Shown: positions 56,883-64,000 of the stretch, in pieces
How the letters are laid out: each line of letters starts with the position of its first letter
How positions within the stretch are numbered: the first letter of the stretch is position 1
Source: Camelus dromedarius
Taxonomy: Eukaryota
Length of the DNA: 64,000 nucleotides
Assembly (NCBI RefSeq): GCF_036321535.1
Contig: NC_087436.1
Span: 43,216,001-43,280,000 of the forward strand
Reading direction: 5' to 3'
Notes under the pieces: generated by a model
What the model was told of the DNA's origin: nothing
The model's input: the letters and a program-made list of their open reading frames with translations, nothing else
Databases searched by the model: none
Translations under genes and position numbers: made by a program

Positions 56883-57762
56883 CTAGAACAGAGGCAAACA
56901 AGGCTCAGAAGTGGGTAACGACGAGGTAGACAGTTGCTGACCTTATGCAAGAATATAACCCAGAGGACAGACTCTCATCCCTTCATTTTCTCTTTCTTTT
57001 TGCATTAGCTCGAAGCTACTAATTTCAGAGAGACTAATTTCCAGTGGTTTTAATTCAGAGAGGCAAAGAGGTAAGAAATGTGGATTCATAAGAAATGTGG
57101 ATTTGGCAACTTCATTTCAACAAATTTCCTTTTAGACTAAGAAATATCTAAATACTTTTCCAGTGAGGAAGGAAAAAAAAAAAAAGATCAACCCTGTATC
57201 ATTTGTTGTGCCAGCCAGAAATAAAATTCTGTCCAGTTTTAGAACATAGAAAGCTTTAAATAAATCTCCTAATAAGGTATTTTAAGTATTTTAAGTAAGG
57301 TATAAAAGTATTATAACAAATGGTAGGGAAATACCCTTTTCACAAAAAGTGAATAGACCCGTAGGACAATTTCTAAGGTAACACAACTTTGTAATGACAA
57401 CATTGTACTTAAAAGACATTAAGTACTATGTCACTAATTTGTCTTGAGTTTTTTTCCAAAAATTCAAGTTATTTTATAATCCCTGATAGTACTGTAATAT
57501 CTGGTTTCCCACCTATCTAAATTTCTGAAAAATAGTCACCATTGCATTGAAAAAAAAAATTGAAAATTTCACTAAAATGATATCTACATGTATTACACTG
57601 ACATAAAGTCTGAAACTAGATCTTGTCATACATGTAAAAAAAATACAAATACAAACTGCTATATGGAAGATTTCCTGTTTGTGATCATTGTACATCTTAC
57701 ACTTAATGATTTTCTTATGAAAAGCATTCAGGCTCATATATTTGACTCAAAAATAAAGTAAT

Positions 57763-59484
57763 CTTTTATCTCTATGCAAAATATTTATTCAATCTTCAAA
57801 TTAAAATTATAGAAATTCATCTTAGCTTATTGTTTTAGACAATAAAAGACATAAGCCTGTATATATTTTTCAGATGGAATAAAGTGATATTTTCCCTCCT
57901 CCCAACGACTAATAAGGATGATAGTAACATCCTTTCATTTTAAAACCCATGTTAGTTTTAGAACATTTCAAAAAATTGTTTTTGTGACCATGTCTCAACA
58001 AAAAGCCTCTCCGTTTGTATTTGGAAAGTTTCAAATAGTGTCAATAAACTGTCTAGTACAAAAAAAAAAAAAAGAAAAAGAAAGAAAGAAAGAAAAGAAA
58101 AGAAAAGGAAAAAGATGTACACTGTATTTTTAAAGGCCTTTTGCCTTTTGGATTGTGTTTAGTAGGAAGCAGGCCGCTGGTGTATCTTGGGAGAGGTCAA
58201 ACGGTGCTGAGTAAGGGGAAAACGAGGTGGCTTTTCATTCCTGTGTGCATGCAACAAGCAGCAAAACAGCAAGTTACTCCAGGTAGCTGGGACTCAGCTG
58301 TGCTTTCTGCCAGCAGGAGATCCATTTAATGAATTTGGAAGATTTGGGACACTGGACCCTACGGGAGGATTTGAGCTTCCCTGCTGAGAACTCCCACTGA
58401 CCAGGCTCCCGTTACCTTTGAGGATTCCGGTACATTTCCAATTGTCCATGTAATTAGCTTTCCATAGTCTCATACAGCCATCATCGCCTGAGGATGCCAG
58501 CACTACACCTATTATATTCTAACTCACTCGCCAGACCTGAGAATTGTAATTATCAAACCGAGCCACTACGTGGATTTCAAATTTTGTCAGCCCACCAGAG
58601 GATGTAAGTTCTTTCCTGCCCACAGGCTTTAATGTAAAACTCCTCACATCTTTGGTTGCTATGGCTAGAATGTGGAAAGACCTTCCCAAGTTTGGAGCAA
58701 ATGCAATCTCATGTACAGGCTCTGTGACTGTCATAAGGGTTTCAGCTTTTGCATATTTCCTGGTGTTTTCACTAAATTTGAAAATCTGAACCTTGGCCAT
58801 TGCGTTTGGACTGCTGTCGTCACTTCCTACCGCGATCATGGCGGGTGAGCACCACAGCTTGAAGGGTTCCAAGAAATACAGCTGCAGCTCAGCTTGCTTG
58901 AGATCTTGTGCTGCAGAGACCACTGGCTAAGGTTCGTGACATCTGGTGCCTCATACACCCTCACGATACCATCTGCTGAGCAGGTCGCTAACATGAAGCC
59001 CATGTGCTTAGGAGCGAATTTCACATTGGTAATGGACATTCTACTGTCCACTAGAGTTGTCCTCTTCACCCAGTGGCTCCGTCCTCATAGTTTGTCATTC
59101 GACTCTCATAGTGTTTCTTCCCATACGGCAGCTGTTCGGTCAAAAGAACAGGAGGCCAAAACCTGTCCAAATTCAGGATGGGGCCATGTCACACGCCACA
59201 CAGATCCACTATGTGTCTTCCAGCTAGCCGCGCAATGCCAGTCCCCACTTTCACCGCAGACCTTGACTGCTCTGGTGGCTGGAGCAGGTGGCCACTCGCC
59301 GCCCGTGGAAAACGAAAGACACACCGTAGATGAAGTCCTTGCAGACCGCCGCGATGCTGCGTGCCACAAACTGGCTGCGCCGGGCTCATTCTGCCTCCGA
59401 GAGGGCGGCGCGGGGCGCGTGGACCGCAGCCACCGGGAGTGGCACCGGGGCGCGAACGGTGGTGCTTCCCGCTTGCTGCCCCGC
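57763..59484 (-). pseudogene. SEH1L: Processed pseudogene of SEH1L (nucleoporin/GATOR2 WD40 protein; isoform ending GRKHS) with 5'UTR, CDS ~58294-59372 and 3'UTR
   Basis: Intronless FVARSIAA...[35 protein letters not shown]...[13 protein letters not shown]...GRKHS. ATG is reduced to AG (59371-72); frameshifts near 59268 and 58840; stops at 59106-08, 59085-87 and 58519-21; AATAAA at 57784-89 on minus; TSD caaaaataaagtaat at 57748-57762 and 59485-59499. Confidence 0.95.
58060..58113. repeat. A-run and (AAAAG)n repeat inside the SEH1L pseudogene 3'UTR
   Basis: Directly visible. Confidence 0.9.
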
Positions 59485-62400
59485 CAAAAATAAAGTAATA
59501 TTTGTTTTTCTTTATAAAACTTGGTCCTGGTTTCTCACCAACATAGTTGTATTATTAATACACGCATGTTGTGGTTTCTATATATTTACTGGTACAACGT
59601 GGTAAGTATTAAAGCATTTTTTAAATTTATTATTAGGTACATTCCTAGAGAATTTAACAAATGAATCAACAATATAATGAAACTTGAAAAAGATGGAGCT
59701 TTATGACACCTGCATTCTATCAGCATGCAAATGATGTTAATGGTGTTGACTATACACAAATGATTCAACAAAGAAAAATTAATCTTCACTCCCTTTACTA
59801 GACCAAGGAAAGTGCTACATTTTAAAGTCGTCTTCTGAGCCAATTACTCCACACCCAGTCTCTTTGGTAACAGGAAGTATTTAATTTAAGTAGATGTAAT
59901 CTACTTCACAAACAGTAAACTCATTCTAACAGTCAAGTATGACCATAGGGTAGGAATTTTTAAGAGGCTAACTAAACTTTCCTGGTATCTTTTTTATTTT
60001 ACACATTCTTCAGCATGACCTCTATCAGTTTTCCTAATTTGTTTACAGGAAGAAATCTTTTACTCTGTCTCATGAGCCATTACTTAAAATGCTTTTGGAG
60101 TGTGGATCTATTACTTCAGTCAGTAAGAATCAAATGTTCCAATCATTGGGAATTGTCTAAATGGCATAGCAAATTAACACTTAAAGAATTTTGCATTTTG
60201 AAGTGTTTATTGCAAGAAGTTGCCTTTCCTTTTCCTCAATTCCTATCTCTGACTCCATCTGAGATTTCAGAACCTGAGAGTCCGAAGGGACCCTGAAGAC
60301 CACCTAGTCCAGTGATTTCTTCACCTAGCTCTCAGCCCCAGGCTTGACACATAGTATCTACTCTATAAATACTGTTGGATGAGTGAATGAATATAAAGAG
60401 AGCATAACAGAATATCTTGATAAAGATTATGTTTGTAAATAATCAACACAATGTAATATATTTGAGAGAAAAAGATTGAGTAGTCCCTGGAATTTATAAG
60501 CTATTTTTTAGTATTTTTGTCAAAATGGGAATAAAGATACATGGTTTGGAGCTATTTTTTCCAGGTGCCTAGGGAACAACTGGATTTATTCTGCCCAGGA
60601 ATTGTTATCTTCTTTCTAAAATATGATGCCATATAATTATTAGTAAATTCTGACTTAAGGGACAAACAGTTATCTTGCTCAAATAACAAAATCTCTCCAT
60701 GTGTGACTTTCTGTATGGATCCATTTTTTATGAAGTTCCTCTCCAAGACTGGAGGAATAGGGAATCATTTTATTTGTTCTTCTGCAATTCTCTATCTTTC
60801 AGTTAAAAAAAAAATTCCTTTCTGGTGACTTTTATACTCCATTAGAATTTTCCCATTGGATCACTTTTACTTTTTAGAAATTATTTGATCTTATGTCAAT
60901 GTATATTTAACTTTAAAAAAAAGTGTAATCTGTAAATTGAAACTGCCAGCTGAGGAAACATGGAGGATTTCCCACCTTAAGCTTTCTGGAGCCCTTTAAC
61001 CACCCCAAACAGATCAGATCTTCCTGGACTAAGCCCATGGCTTCTGAGCTGTAATCAGCTGAAGGATGAGGAGGAAAAGGAACAGAAGAAGAAAGCATTT
61101 CTTCAATATTTGTTGGTGACTTCTCTCCTAGTTTCTTAATTTCCCAGTATTTCCCAGTATCACAACTTCCTTTCCTGTCATGGAAATATTTTACTATGTA
61201 AATCCACAAATAATATATATCAGGGCTTTTTTGCAGCTCCACACTCCACCCTTCCCCTGCTAACCCAGGCCAGATGAACTGGAAAAATGTCTCCCCTATT
61301 GCCAATTACTCTAAGGTACAGTAAACTGAATCTGGTTTTCACTTATCTCTAAAATGCTATAACATGGGCAGCATGTGGGATAAATCTACAGGGAATCTTG
61401 TTTACATTTTTAATAAAGGGTCAAGCATTATTAACTAATCATCAATCCATTATTTAAAACAAGTCCTCTGCACTGGCTTGAAAATGATCTCAAGAGTGCG
61501 TTCTGAATGTAACTTTCTACAAATTTAAAATAGAAAGGTTTGAGAATTAAGATTTTTAAAAGGTGTACATTTTTCTTTGATTCCACGAGTGACCAATTTT
61601 CTGAAGTTGGAGTTTTACAATACTCTTCTCAGCCTCCCCTCTGAGAGATAGCCCTCCTCTCCCGCTACAGCATTAGCTCAGTTGCAAGCTTTAACTTGCT
61701 GTGACCAGACTACTAGAATGCTAAACTTCCTATTTTTATTTCTCAATAAATATGGATACAATGTTTTTAAAATTAAAGTTAACAAGACACCATCTCAAAT
61801 AGAATATAGTTGACATAATCTAAAAGCTTATGAAATTGAAATAAATATTTAAATTAAACAGTTTCAGGAGAGGTTATCCTAAGGAGCCCTCTGATGTCAA
61901 ACTGTTTATCTTAGTTTACCCCACAGAGCTTTCTTTTCATGATTTCAAAATGTAGCTGACCTCAGTTTAATACAAACCCACAAAACAAAAAACAAAAAAC
62001 ATTCAAATCCACAAAACAGGATAGAGTATTTTTTTCAATAACTGGCCAGCTTTCTTCTCAATTAATTACAAGGCTGAGGCTCTAAATTAAAAGAATTTTA
62101 TGAGAATAAAGTACCTATTGGTGGGACACAACGATCCCACTACAAACCACTACAATATAGTTGCATTTTATTTAAAAAATCACCAAGAATATAATTAAAA
62201 ATTTCTATATGAGGGATTAGTTCAGAAACTAAACCATGCATAATATGTAAGTCAAATTCAGGACATACATGTGTCTTCAATTTCTGTAACACTGCCTACT
62301 AAAATTAGAGTGGTTATAAAGACACAGATGATGGTTGAAATTCTAATTATAAATGTTCTAAATTTTTAATCTGCCCTCTTTTAAAATGCAATCCAATCGG

Positions 62401-63562
62401 GACTGCTGTCATATCATGGAATTCATGTCTTTCAACCGTAGGAAATAAAAGATAAGTAACTGTCTTTACACTAATGTTTTGATTTTAGAATTTCTAGCCA
62501 AAAATATATTTAATTAGCAACTGAGTATGTTGGGTAATTGTTATCAGAAAAAAACAACTCGGCATCAACTGGACTTAACACCAAAATGTTTTATCTTGTG
62601 AATGTGAGCTAACATATAAATTAATCATATTTTAAATGGCAAGTGATAAATAAACCCATTCAATAGGACTCAGCTAACTCCCTGAGAATATACTTTGCAG
62701 TTAACCCATTTTGGTGAGTCCTTCAAGTTATGTTTCTAAAATTCAAATTTCCCCCAGGAGCTACACTAATCCTCTTCCCGCTTACCAAAGTCAATTAGCA
62801 ATAATGGCCCACATTCCAAAGGATGTTTTGTTGTTAGATATTTTTTCACTTTGTGCAGGTGGGAAGGAGGTAGATATGCAAAACAGGTCACACCTTTTAT
62901 GTTTGGGTTCAAATACAGGACAGAGCCTGGTACTTTCCCAGTAGTGCCTCCTATACATACAGTGTTTGAGGCACACAGGTCTTTTTTTGTATCACAGCAT
63001 AAGATACTGTCAGTTTCTGCATTTATTAGAACACTCATCATGAGTGTACTGAGTTCTGACCAAAGAGTGTTCTGAGATAACTTATATTGAACAGAAACAT
63101 GAACTATCCATTCTGCAAGATTAGTATCAGGGTAGATGGTCAGTGACATCACCAAAAAGCAATGTACCTCGGGCATGTTATCTCTATCCACTACAGAAAT
63201 GGCTTCACTGCATCGTGAAATATTACTACACATTTGGTTTTCATATAAAGCAGATATAAGAAATGTCCATTTGAGCAATATTAATGTCCTTATGTCTATT
63301 TTATATGGGATCTCTTGATGAATTATAGTTGAGTTCAATAACAGGAAAAAGTTTAGAATAGGAAAAGCCTCTATGCTTGTTTTCACTAATCTTTAATTTA
63401 GGAAAATTGCATAATTCAATGTGTTTGGCTTTTTTCACTAGTTTACAGGAAACATAGCATAAATTCAGTATCCATCAGAATTAAGTAACACAAGTCCTTA
63501 TTCCTCTCTTCTTTTTACTTCATTTTGCTTTTGTCTTATTTAGTTTCATTTTTAAATACTTC

Positions 63563-63692
63563 TTTTTTGGTGGAGGGAGGCAATTAGGTTTATTAATTTA
63601 TTATTTTTTTTTTTTAATGTAGGTACTGGGGATTGAACCCAGGATCTTGTACATGCTAAGCACACACTCTACCACTGAGCTATATCCTTCCC
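63563..63692 (-). mobile_element. tRNA-derived SINE (Vic-1-like, camelid type)
   Basis: Same structure as the 50.9 kb copy (tagctcagtggtagag...gggttcaatccccagtac); flanked by tttcattttt(ttt)aaat direct repeats. Confidence 0.8.
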
Positions 63693-63697
63693 TTTCA

Positions 63698-64000
63698 TTT
63701 TTTTTAAATTTAAGTAGAGTTGATTTACAGTGTTGAGTTAGTTTCTGGTGTACAGCATAGTGACTCAGTTATACATACATATATGTATTCTTTTTCATAT
63801 TCTTTTTCATTATACATTATTATAAGCTACTGAATATAGTTCCCTGTGCTATACAGTAGGACCTTGCTGTTTATCCGGTTTTGTGGAGTTTTTTTTGTAG
63901 CTTTGCTGTATAAGATCTTCTGCCAGAGTTCAGCAGGTATTCTGTGAGAATTTTTCCACATGTCAATATATTTTTGATGTATTTGTGGGAGGAGATGAGC
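63698..64000 (-). mobile_element. Second bipartite L1 derivative (5'UTR start joined to 3'UTR end), cut by the window edge
   Basis: Minus strand reads gctcatctcctcccacaaatacatcaaaa...cacaaaaccgg|ataaacagcaaggtcctactgtatagcacagggaac...A tail. The 5' part is similar to 32070-32195. Confidence 0.8.

Larger units (their letters stand above)
1..64000 (-). other. ANK2: ANK2 (ankyrin-B) transcription unit, internal part from intron 2 to intron 13
   Basis: Eleven colinear minus-strand exons splice in phase 0 into a continuous ankyrin-repeat peptide with ANK2-type sequence (...[28 protein letters not shown]...). Confidence 0.96.

Noticed and set aside
58294..59372. Functional SEH1L retrogene
   Set aside because: Start codon lost, three in-frame stops and two frameshifts.
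58894..59605. 199-aa and 91-aa plus-strand ORFs
   Set aside because: Antisense to the GC-rich SEH1L pseudogene; explained by low stop-codon frequency.
1..64000. Prokaryotic systems (CRISPR, operons, defence islands)
   Set aside because: The sequence is mammalian intron/exon DNA with no repeat-spacer arrays or dense ORFs.

Overview
Mammalian genomic DNA, AT-rich and repeat-rich, with no prokaryotic features. tRNA-derived SINEs resembling Vic-1 suggest a camelid (inference). The whole window lies inside ANK2 (ankyrin-B) on the minus strand and holds 11 consecutive phase-0 coding exons of the ankyrin-repeat domain (exons 3-13 by human canonical numbering), including the 24-nt MMVNRTTE microexon; all have GT-AG boundaries. 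Intron 2 carries a disabled, TSD-flanked SEH1L processed pseudogene in the same orientation as ANK2. The introns contain L1, L2, MIR, MaLR/ERV LTR, hAT and SINE remnants. The most unusual signal is two independent short L1 derivatives (32.0-32.6 kb on +, 63.7-64.0 kb on -) in which an L1 5'UTR segment is joined directly to the last ~180-190 nt of the L1 3'UTR at the same nucleotide. This suggests retrotransposed 5'UTR-to-3'UTR spliced L1 RNAs acting as a SINE-like non-autonomous family. A candidate poison or alternative first exon of ANK2 lies at 37.5 kb. Repeat family names come from remembered consensus sequences, not a search.
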